From assembly GCA_009602735.1 (NCBI GenBank), contig WELA01003518.1:1-43409 (forward strand): a stretch of DNA of 43,409 bases, in the 5' to 3' direction. A program made the translations under genes and the position numbers. Source of the DNA: Mesotaenium endlicherianum. Its lineage: Eukaryota. Below, piece by piece: positions 9,470 to 19,817 of the stretch. Below the pieces are notes generated by a model. It saw nothing but the letters and a program-made list of their open reading frames with translations. It ran no database searches and was not told the DNA's origin. Each line of letters starts with the position of its first letter. Within the stretch, counting starts at the first letter, position 1.

Positions 9470-12400
9470 TTACTCATGAGCCGCGTCGTACTTCCTCTCC
9501 GCGTTCGCGGCCGAGATTGCGAAGATCTCAGAGATGACCTCTAGGGGCAGGCCCTTGGTCTCGGGCACGCGGAGCCACACAAACAGGTACGACACAACGC
9601 TCATTATTCCGAACAGGCCGAACACGCCCCCAAGGCCAATTGAGGTCCGCAGGACAGGGAAGAGCTCGCTGACGGCGATGTTGAAGGCCCACATGACGAG
9701 CGCGCAGATGCCGATGCACACGCTGCGCACGCGCGTGGGGAAGATCTCGGAGCAGATGATGTTGGGGACGGGCCCGAAGCCCATCACAAAGGAGCAGTTG
9801 AAGGCCACCAGGCCCACGAGGGAGCCAGCGGACTGGAGGGAGCCGGCGGGGAAGAGCAGGTACGAGATGGTGAGGACTAGCAGGGACAGGGTCATCACCG
9901 GGACCGTCGTCAGCAGTAGCTGCCTGCATGCACACAGGCGGAGCCGGTATGTGTGGTCAGCCCACGCGCACCCAGGCACGCGTACCACTTTAGTGGTTGT
10001 CTGGCTGATTAACAACATGCACACGCACACACACAAGCATACTATCTACACATGCGTGTGTCGTGCGCGTGCGTGCGCGCGCGCGCGTGTGTGTGTGTGT
10101 GGGCATGTGGCTGTGTGGCGGCCAGTATGCCCCTTCAGAAATGAGCGGGATCATATAATGCAACTCGAGCGTCTGTGGCCACCAGGCGCCAACAACAAGC
10201 GAGATGCCATCGAAGATCCAGCCATCCACGCGCATGCACATGGGCGTGCATCTGTCACATACGAGCGGCAACAAGCACTTCCTGGGAGGACGCACACAAG
10301 CAAGGGCCACACATTTGCAACCCGATACCCGCCACAACGTCATTCAAACGGACAGGGCGATTGCAACTGGCGGCACGTGCAGCTAGAGGCGCAGGCAGGC
10401 AACCGACAGCTGGCATGCAGCTGGCCTGCTTACCTTCTGCCGGCCCTGTCCATGAGCCACATGGCGACGAAGATGCTGGGCATCATGAGCAGCGTGGCCA
10501 GCAGGCTGGCCAGGAGGGACGCGGAGTCCGTGCTCAGCCCCAGGCTCTTGAGCGCGCTGCCGCCCGACTCCGTCAGGATGGCCGGCGTGTAGTACAGCAC
10601 CGCGTTGATCCCGCACAGCTGCAGCCGCGCCGCCAGCACAGCGCAGGGCCAAGGTGAGATAGAGGGGGCGAGAGGAGATACTGGGAGATAGAGGGAGGGC
10701 ACGAGGGAGGGAGGGAGGAGGGGTTGTGTGGTCAGGGGCGAGGCGCGGGCCCGCCACCTCTTCTGTTGAATCTTGGGCGTGGCATTAACTCGATGTGCAC
10801 TCGATGAGCACGATCAAATATACTTAAAGATCAGAGAGCATCGAGCTGCAAGCATGAGAGTGCACGAAGCAAGACCCAGCTTTGATGTGCTTCAAAGGGC
10901 TTCCCTGCGCAAGGGTGAAAGCAAGGGAGAGAGTGCACGAGCAGGGGCAGGCAGGCAGACAGAGCAGGCAGGAGCATCCGTGCGAGCCGGCTTCAGAGAG
11001 AGCGAGCGCTGTCAGTCACACCCCACCTGTTGCAGCGCCTGCAGGGAGACCCCCACAGCGAGAGCCTGCCGCACCCCCGGCTCCAGCAAGTTGCCCCACG
11101 CAGGGCCGACAGTGGCCGTCTTGGAGGGGTGCACCATGGCCGGCCCCGCCGCGCCCTCCGGCAGAATGTCCTTCCCGATGGGCGGCGCGTGCGACACGAT
11201 GACGGCTGCCTGGAAGCTCTCGTGGTCCTCTGTCGCGAGGGACGCCGCACCGCCAGGTGGCGCGAGGCTCAGGGAGGACGCCAGCGCCTGCAGGTCCGAG
11301 GCCTCCTGCAGAATGAACACGCGCGTCAGCCCGCCGCCGCCGTCGTCGTGGTGGTGCTGCTGCTGCTCATTTCCCCCGGCCCCAGCCCCGCCCCCGCCGC
11401 CGCCACGTGTTTCGCTTGCGAGCCCTGCGTGGTCGGCCACCCCATGCTCCTCCACCTGCCACGCGACTTGCCAGCCACCGGCGGCGCCGGCGGCGCTGGC
11501 GGCGCTCATAGAGGCGGACATGGAGTCAAAGTGGACGCCGCCGCCGCCGCCATCGCCGCCTCTCTGCTCCCTGGCAAGCGCCGAGAAGGGGGAGCGCGGC
11601 GACTGGTGGCCCTTGCTGCCGAACGACGCGGCGTTGGACAGCGACGTCAGGGCGGTGCGGTAAAACGCGTTTGAGAACGAGCCCGACCCCGACCCTGAGC
11701 CCGCCCGCGGCGGGAGCTGCTGCTGCTGCTGCTGGTGGTGGTGATGGTGCTGCTGCTGCTGGGACGAGCGGTCGCTGGGCTGCCGCGGCGGAAGCAGCGG
11801 CCGCGAGAGATCCTCCTCGTCCAGGTCCCCCACGATGCCCGCCACTTCGTCGTTGTCATAGCCCTTGCCGTTGGGGTGGAGTCCCCCGGCCTCCTCGTCG
11901 GCGTCACCGTCGGCGTCGGCGTCCCCCCTCCAGGCGGCCGCCGCGGCTGCGGCGGCGGCCGCCACGNNNNNNNNNNNNNNNNNNNNNNNNNNNNNNNNNN
12001 NNNNNNNNNNNNNNNNNNNNNNNNNNNNNNNNNNNNNNNNNNNNNNNNNNNNNNNNNNNNNNNNNNNNNNNNNNNNNNNNNNNNNNNNNNNNNNNNNNNN
12101 NNNNNNNNNNNNNNNNNNNNNNNNNNNNNNNNNNNNNNNNNNNNNNNNNNNNNNNNNNNNNNNNNNNNNNNNNNNNNNNNNNNNNNNNNNNNNNNNNNNN
12201 NNNNNNNNNNNNNNNNNNNNNNNNNNNNNNNNNNNNNNNNNNNNNNNNNNNNNNNNNNNNNNNNNNNNNNNNNNNNNNNNNNNNNNNNNNNNNNNNNNNN
12301 NNNNNNNNNNNNNNNNNNNNNNNNNNNNNNNNNNNNNNNNNNNNNNNNNNNNNNNNNNNNNNNNNNNNNNNNNNNNNNNNNNNNNNNNNNNNNNNNNNNN

Positions 12401-15400
12401 GGCTGCGGCGGCGGCCGCCACGCCGTCGCGCTCGCGCTCGCGCTGGTGCTCCTCCGCGAGCGCGAGCTCCTTGGAGTGCTGCAGCCCCTCCATGAGGGAC
12501 ACGGTCGGGTCCACCTTGAGGCTGCCGTTGGCCCCCGCCACCGCCAGGCCCAGCGACCGCAGGATGCTGCCGCCGCTCATGCTGCCCGCGGCGGCGGCCG
12601 CGTGGCCCTCTCCTCCTCCTCCTCCCTCTCCTGCTGCTCCTCTGCCTGCCGCTCCTAGCTCCTCATCCTTATCCTTCTCCTTCTCGCCATAGGGGGCCAG
12701 CGGCTGCGCAATCCAGACTGTGCCATCCTCCTGCCCGTATATTTTCACCAGAGGGGCGCCGCCGGCCTCGGACTCGGCCTTGGCGTCAGCGGTGGCGTGG
12801 GCGAGGGCGTGGGGGCCCCCCTCCTCCACGCCTGCTGCGTCGGCGGCAACGTCGGCGGCTTCCAGGGGCTTCAGCACCCACTCCTCCACGGTGCCGTCGG
12901 CCGCCACGCCCAGCCCCTCCACCAAGAGCGCCAGCTCGCCTGAGTGCCACACACACACCCACACACACGCAAGCGCGCACGCACACGGGCAAGAAGTGTG
13001 GAATTAGATCCAGAGGGCGACAGATCGAAGCTCTGTAATTGGTAAGGGAGACATCAGGCTGGCAAGCAAAGGAAGCAAACAAACAATCAGTACTTGGAGC
13101 CGGTGGCTTCAGTACGTTCAGCCATGCATCCCGGGGGATGAGGCACTCCATCTGGTTCCGCCATTCTCCATTCTGGTAGCACAAGCAGCACGTCTCTCCC
13201 GCGGGGGCGGGGGCGGGGGCCCGGNNNNNNNNNNNNNNNNNNNNNNNNNNNNNNNNNNNNNGGGGAGAGGGGGGAAAGGAGAAGGGAGTGAGCGAGGTGC
13301 AGCGTAGAGAAGAGTACCGGTAACGTCGTCCGTGTCGCGCAGGGACTCCAGCACAGCGCGGGCCTCGTGGATGCGGCCCTTGCTGACGAGCCAGCGGGGC
13401 GACTCCGGCAGCACCAGCAGCACCAGTGCCAGGTACAGCGACGCCGGGAGCAGCCTGCGCGCGCGAGCGGAGCGGCGCAGTGGGGAGGTGTCAGATGCAG
13501 CGCCACATAGAAGGATACCATCATGTGTATGCATGAGGATTCTCATATATGTGTGTGAATGTGTAGACATCCACGTGTAGGTGAACATATACATACATGT
13601 ATGTATACGTACATACATATAAGTATGTACGGTTTTTGTGTATATTTAGGTGTGTATATATACATATCAAACATATATATATATATATATCTATATATAT
13701 AATTTTTTGTGTAAGTATATGTAAGTGTATATGTTAGTATACAAATCATTCATGCATGTATGCATGTGTATGAACACATTTATGTACGTACATAACACGT
13801 ATATGCTTGCATATTTTCATAGAATTTACATGCACATATCCGTCTATATTTTTGTTGTGCTTATGATCAGATATGCAAGCGCGCTGGAACGACCTCCCAT
13901 GCCAAGCCGTAACCTGCCAGGCTTTTCTTCGCAGTCTCAGCCTCAGCCTCAGCCTCTCAGTCTCAGCTCAACCGCAGTTGTCAATATCAATTCCAATCAA
14001 TTCCAGTATCAGTGTTGCCTCTGCGCGCCAGTCAGTTCAGGGAAAGCATGGCGCAAGGTGCATGAGGTGTGCGGGGTGTGCGAGGAGCGTGAGGGGCGAG
14101 TAAGAGAAGGAAACTGTATCACATCCTCACGCTTGCCTGCGCGCTCCAGCCAGTGCCTGGCGAGACACTTGGAGCACGAGGGACGTGCGCAATGTGAGGC
14201 GTGCGAGGGCTGCAAGGCGTGGGAGGAATAAGAGGGTTGAGGGAGGTCAGAGGGGTCACACAGAGGGAGAAGAGAGAGCGTTGAGCGATGCTTGTCGGTG
14301 GAGTCTTACGACAGCCCAAGCACAAAGCAGCAGTCGGGGGGACGTGCCAGGGGTGCAAGGGGTGAGAGAGAGAGAGAGGAGAGAGGAGAGAAGAGAGAGA
14401 AAGTGGGGGGTTGCTCTGGAGGGAAAGGGAGGGAGGAGTCTCACGAGAGCCCGAGCATGAAGCGCCAGTTGGGCGCGGGGCCGAGAGAGAGCGCAAACAC
14501 CGTGGCGTAGGACGCCACCATCCCCGTGATGCCCATGAGCTGCGGCAGCGTCGCCAGCTGGCCGCGGATCTCGGCGGGCGAGCACTCGGCGATGAAGAGC
14601 GGCGCCACAGTGGCGATGAGGCCCACGCTGAAGCCGTTGAGGCTGCGGCCGGCAACGAGCACGCTGATCGACGGCGACCAGCACTCCACCGCGGAGCCTG
14701 CAGACACGCACCAGACATGCGCGGGTTGCAGCAGCAGGACATGCGCGCGGGTGCAGCAGGACATGCGCGGCGCATGCGCCTCCGAGGTTCAGACAGCTGA
14801 TCCGAATGCATGCATGCATGCACGCCGGTAGAGGGGGGGATCAGCACTCCATCGCAGAGCCTGCCTGCACGCACGTGAGAAGCATGCGCATGATGTGTAC
14901 CCTCAAGGAGGAACAGACAGGTAGTCTGGACTCTGAAAGCGTGCAGCACAGGCGTAGAGCACGCGCCCGATGGACGGCAATGATCGCTCCGCCGCGGAGC
15001 CCACACGCGCTCTTGCACGATGCATGCTGCTTGATGTGTGCATTATGCATGCGTGGACCCTCCAAGGTGAAGCATCAGGCGATTCAAGCGATTAAACCAA
15101 GAGCATGCACAGGAGCAGAGGCTTGGAAGAACGGGGGAGAGCGAGCGGAGAAGAAAGAGCCGAGGCTGCGTGCACGCGCCCTCTCAGAAATTTGGACGAT
15201 TTGTGAGTCTCGAGCGAGTGCACCGGAGAGCGGAAAAGGAGCGGAGGAACAGAAGAGCAAAGCCAAGAGGCCCGAAGCCAGCCCCACCCGGGCGGCATGC
15301 GCCATGCGTCTCCACGGGTGGCAGGAGCTCTGGCGACTGGAGCCAGATACCGATTGAGGCTGGAGCCGATTGTGCTTCTTGGGATCAAAGCTGCCTGTCC

Positions 15401-16511
15401 TGCCTGCTTGATCTATGGGGTTTGCCTGTGAACGGGGTGAGGCTCTTGTGCTCTTGAGGCTCCCTGTGGCAAAGCCGAAGCTCGTCATGCATGACTTTTT
15501 GTGCCTGCTTTCTTTTGTGGCTTTCCTGTGGCTGTGTGTGTGTGTGTGTGTGTTTTTTTTTTTTTTTGGTAACTTTTATTTCCTTAATTTGTATTCCTTT
15601 GGCTTTTTTTGGTGTCTCCTGTCATCAGCAGCAATTGCAGAAGCAAGTTTGGGGCTTCCCCCTGCCCCCCCCCCCCCGCACATAAACCAACGGGACGCTT
15701 GAACGTGGCCCTGGCGCCTCCACACAAGCTCAGAGCTGCCCATGTCAGTTGCTGGAGCAGCCATGAGTCGTCCATACAGGCACCCTTTGGCTTCGGAGTG
15801 CACCCTCAGCATGTCTGAGCCATCACAAAGTTGCTGGGGGTCCCCAGCTGCTGTCACGTGATTGGCTGATAGGGCTGGCGAGCGAGCGAATGAGCGAGCG
15901 AGCGAGCGTACCAAAGGCGAAGCAGACAGCTGCCACAAGGAGAAGCACCCTGCGGCCGACCCAGTCAGCTGCTGGCCCTGCGATGAGGGTGCTGATCACT
16001 GCGCCTGCGTGCTCCACTCCAAATAACGACAGGTTTGGTGAGCACCAGGGGACGCATCGTCAGAATAAACGATATTTAGTCCATTTATAAGAGTACTGAT
16101 GAGGGAGCCTGCTTTGATGGCACGTGCTGAACACATCACGTGACGAATTGTCAGTGTGATACATTTGCTGATCAGGACACCTGTGTCAGAAAGGACGCCT
16201 TTGGGAGGCACCGGTGATGTGTCATCACTCTGCTGGGAGTGCTGTCCTTCAGGGGCACCTTCTTCAATGACGCTTTGCGTGCACGCCAGATGAAGACATC
16301 AGGAGGCTGGACTATGGAGGGCGACATGAAGACGTAAAAATAGGCATTAGACCGATAACATAGGACGTTAGAAGATTGCAAGCCGAGCACGAACTTGAAC
16401 GATAGACGTCATATATACATTTATGAACATAGATAGATAGATAGACACGTTTCATAACATGTATATATACATAGAATACAAATATACAGATATGCATGTA
16501 TGCATATATAG

Positions 16512-16544
<33 letters not shown>

Positions 16545-17806
16545 TATACATATATATGCATATATCTTTGTGTACACATATGTATATATACACATACATA
16601 CATTACACTGCTCGAGCCCATGGAGCAGCACCCAGTTAGACAACAGAGGGTACTTAAAGCCCGCTACTTCATGGCAGAGGGCATGCCTGAGCTCTTCCCG
16701 ATTCTTGCCCTCCTTTCTTCTCGTGCCCCTTTCTACCTTTTCCCGCCACTGCCTTTCCCCTTTACTGCCTTTCCCCTTTTCTCAGTAGCTCGTGCATATG
16801 TTCCATTCTTATGATGTGCATGTTGTTCTAATTACATTTTGATCTGTGTGCAGTCTTGCAAGACAATGACCTGTCGATTCGTTGACCTGTTGACCTGTTG
16901 ACCTGTTAATCCGTTGATCTCTAGACTGTTAGTCCATTGACCTGCGGACCTGTGTGCTGCTGATCAGCCTCTTTAAGGGAAAGTGAGCAAACTTACACAC
17001 AATGACGAACTGAGCCTCGCAGCAAGCACTAGCTTCACTCCGTCTTCCCCCTATTGTCCCGTCGGCTTCCTACAACCCGTTTACGATCGGAAAGCTACTC
17101 AAAGCTCGTCTTCTGTGATCAAGATGCTTGGTTGCATGTGGGGGCACCCACCTATGAGACTTGCTGACACAATGTTTCCCTGAAGAGATGGATTGCTCTC
17201 CAAGTGAAACTCGGGTACGATGTAGAGCAGTGATCCTGCAGCAGTCAACCACAACTAGCAGTCAGTGGGGGGGGGCTAAGACGAGCAGTCAATGGGGCCC
17301 CCCTAAGACAAGCAGCCATTTTAGGGGGGGGGGGGGCTAAGAGAAGCAGTCAGTGGGGGGGCCTTACGACAAGCCATCAATAGGGGGGGGGCTAAGTCAA
17401 GCAGCCTATATGGGGGGGGTCCTTGGAGCCAACCCAGAATGCCTCGATATTGCCGAAGCAGCTAGCAGCCTGGATGAAAGTGACAGGCTGGTTCAAGCTG
17501 TTCCGACCAATACTTTGAAAAACATTCGCGTAATGATGCTGACACGTGCATGGTTCCAAGCACTCGGCAGCAGTGGAGCTTCTCACTGCCCGCTCCGCAG
17601 TTTCTTCAAACGTTTGATTAGTCTTCTCCGGGCTGTGCAAGAAGTGAAGTCCACATCACCTAGCCATAGTAACAGTGTGCGGAAATGACTGTAGACGTAG
17701 AAGCAGCGGAGCACGTGCCTGCAATGACAGCATTGTCCCAGCCTTGCAAACCGTTGCCTAGTGCAGCACATATTGCAACTGGCACAGCGGTACGCCCACG
17801 GCGCAT
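9470..17806 (-). CDS. TST: Tonoplast sugar transporter (TST/TMT, MFS family with long central loop); exons 17806-17719, 17235-17152, 16004-15912, 14697-14445, 13454-13318, 12939-11027, 10618-10434, 9923-9470
   Basis: Spliced motifs: AALGNGLQGWDNAVIAG / SLLYIVPEFHLESNP / ADWVGRR / ECSPAEIRGQLATLPQ / LPESPRWLVSKGR / GELALLVEGLG / long loop with GGWQVAW and LLEPGVRQAL / GINAVLYYTP / MDRAGRR / MGFGPVPNIICSEIFPTRVR / VPETKGLPLEVI. All exon phases are compatible. Exon 6 contains an N gap (11967-12400). Confidence 0.95.
11967..12400. other. Assembly gap (N run); other gaps at 13225-13261, 21712-21801, 24581-24934 and 40014-40294, and single Ns at 4059, 5268 and 33261
   Basis: N runs, mostly bordered by G/C homopolymers or GC-rich repeats. 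Confidence 0.99.
13520..13880. repeat. AT-rich alternating purine-pyrimidine low-complexity tract in TST intron 4
   Basis: TATA, TGTA and CATA runs; similar tracts at 16410-16605 and 26200-26320. Confidence 0.85.
16867..16952. repeat. Short degenerate tandem repeat of CTGTTGAC-like units in TST intron 2
   Basis: GTTGACCTGTTGACCTGTTGACCTGTT with degenerate flanking units. Confidence 0.7.
17257..17423. repeat. Minisatellite of about 6 units of 27-33 bp (AGCAGTCA..G-run..CTAAGAC) in TST intron 1
   Basis: Successive units start AGCAGTCA, AGCAGCC or AGCCATCA, carry a G run of variable length and end CTAAGAC-like. Confidence 0.8.
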
Positions 17807-19817
17807 GGTTGCCCCAAGCCGTCGTAGGCTCTCTATATCGCTGCCCTGGATAGAGGAAGCCAATTTGTTTCCACCTGCACAAGAATCACAGCTTGACTGC
17901 TCAATATACTATCTGCGGTAAATATTCCTTACCAATTACTCAAGTCCAAACTGCTGACCTCTACATAATAAGCAGTGCTTCGGTACATGAAGCTAGTAGT
18001 TCTAGCTACACGATCACATCTCTTCACGCTCTCCTTACATCATGTAAGAAGGCTGAACAAGCAAAAGTAGCCGGAAGAAGCAGCGTAGGCTAAACTGTTA
18101 TTAATAAGTATTTAAACTACAACTTCCGCTGCTCTGACAATCCTTTACAATGGGATACCCACTGTCATAGAGTGATCCCCAGTATTTGTAGTTTTTACAA
18201 CATGGGAAAACTTCGTACCCCTGCCGTGTGATGACTTTGCGTCGAGTTGTGAGAGTACTAATCGTTTGACGATTGAGGAGGCACGCAATCTCGCAGTCTG
18301 CCTTCTCAGCCGAATGGCAAGAGCTTACTAGATTCGTGCAGGGATTCGTGCAGGGTGGTGCAGGGTTCATAACAACGGTAATCTAGGCACGTTCATGAAG
18401 GAGGCACTCTCAAAGCTGCAGCGTTTATTTCTCGTGTGAAGAAAGCAGCAGAGGTGCGGAGGGAAGCGAAGCTTTTCTGCTTTGTTGGGGACTCGGGAGG
18501 TTCTAGAGGTGACTGGCCAGGACCTAGAATCCGCCGGAGCTTGCCACCTTGCACTGGCCTGCATATACGACCGTCTGCAACAAGTCTGCAATGTCCAGCA
18601 ACCCCGGAACCAAAAGCGACGCTCTGCTTGCACATGTGAATGCCATTTGGCAAAATGGGGCGTGCTTTTCCAAGTGCATTGGAGGGGCGCGCGAGGAATT
18701 TGATGTGCCAAATAGATTAGAACTGATTAGAACGGTATACGTTTAGTTTGTCGTTGTTGTGTCTTGTAGGTGCTTGTATATATAGCCATCCACATGCGAG
18801 TCGCGACCACACCGAGAAAACTCCCTCAAGGTTTCTGCTAAGTTTACATGTACTAAAATAAATAGTAGAACTACAACAGAGTGTATCACATGTATTGAGC
18901 ATTCTATGTCGCAGGCCTATGCTTTTGTTAATTTCCGCCCTTTTTATGACCAGTCTTTACCTGAGCTCCTTTTTGGCTGCTTTCTGCAAATTCGATTGAG
19001 CTGTTTATTTTTGAGGACCGTGTCAGCTGTTGATGATTATCGGAATGCTGCCGCCTGATGTTTCAAAAGCGATTGGCCGGGTGTAGAAAATGTGTAAACC
19101 CAGGACTTCCCCAGGACTACTGAACCATACTGGACCCATCTAAAGATTCTAAACCACTCGAAAGCGCGCTGGGAGCTGCTGAATGACAGCGATGTCCACC
19201 GCGTACCCAAGGGCCGACAGTCACCGACAGTATCATCGATCAGACTTCGAGATGTGACTCGTGACTCCTGCTTTAAGGCCGGAGGCATCTTTGTACGTCA
19301 AGGTACAAAAATTGTGCAACAAGTTTGACTGAGTTTGATAGATACCAATAGATACCAGCTGGGTACCTGGCGTGTACCAGCAGGCAAGCCAGCAGGTACT
19401 CACAGGTACTAACTTGTACACAACAGCCGTGAAAGTAGAGGGCTGTTCATCGCTCCGAAGTCAAAGGCCAAGTCGGTGAATGCCGATTGGGAAGCGAGTG
19501 CAGTGGAGTGCAGAAAGGAGCATTATGAAAGCATTTCAAAATGGTCCAAAAGGAAACGAGGAGAGGATAGCCTCCAGGTCCCTCGGGCCGAAAACTCTTA
19601 CTGAATTTCTCTTATCGACTCTGTGGACATTGTTTAGGATGCATTTTCTGTGAGATCCCTCTTAGAACATGAGAGGTCGAATCGAGTGACGACGCAATCG
19701 GTCGAAGAAACAGAAGTTGAGTCCGTAAGAGTACCTGGAAATCTGGGATTGGTGGGCACTGATGTAAAGCACGGTATCGCCTCAGTCTTGGCCTGTCGTG
19801 CGCGGGAAAGAAGGGTG

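Noticed and set aside
17257..17423. Repeat array considered as CRISPR-like
   Set aside because: The variable parts are homopolymer G runs rather than unique spacers; it is an intronic minisatellite.
18100..19630. Short ORFs between TST and the At3g04020-like gene
   Set aside because: No recognisable domains or consistent exon structure; treated as promoter, 5' UTR or UTR-intron sequence (an acceptor-like GTGCAG on the minus strand near 17875 suggests a TST 5' UTR intron).
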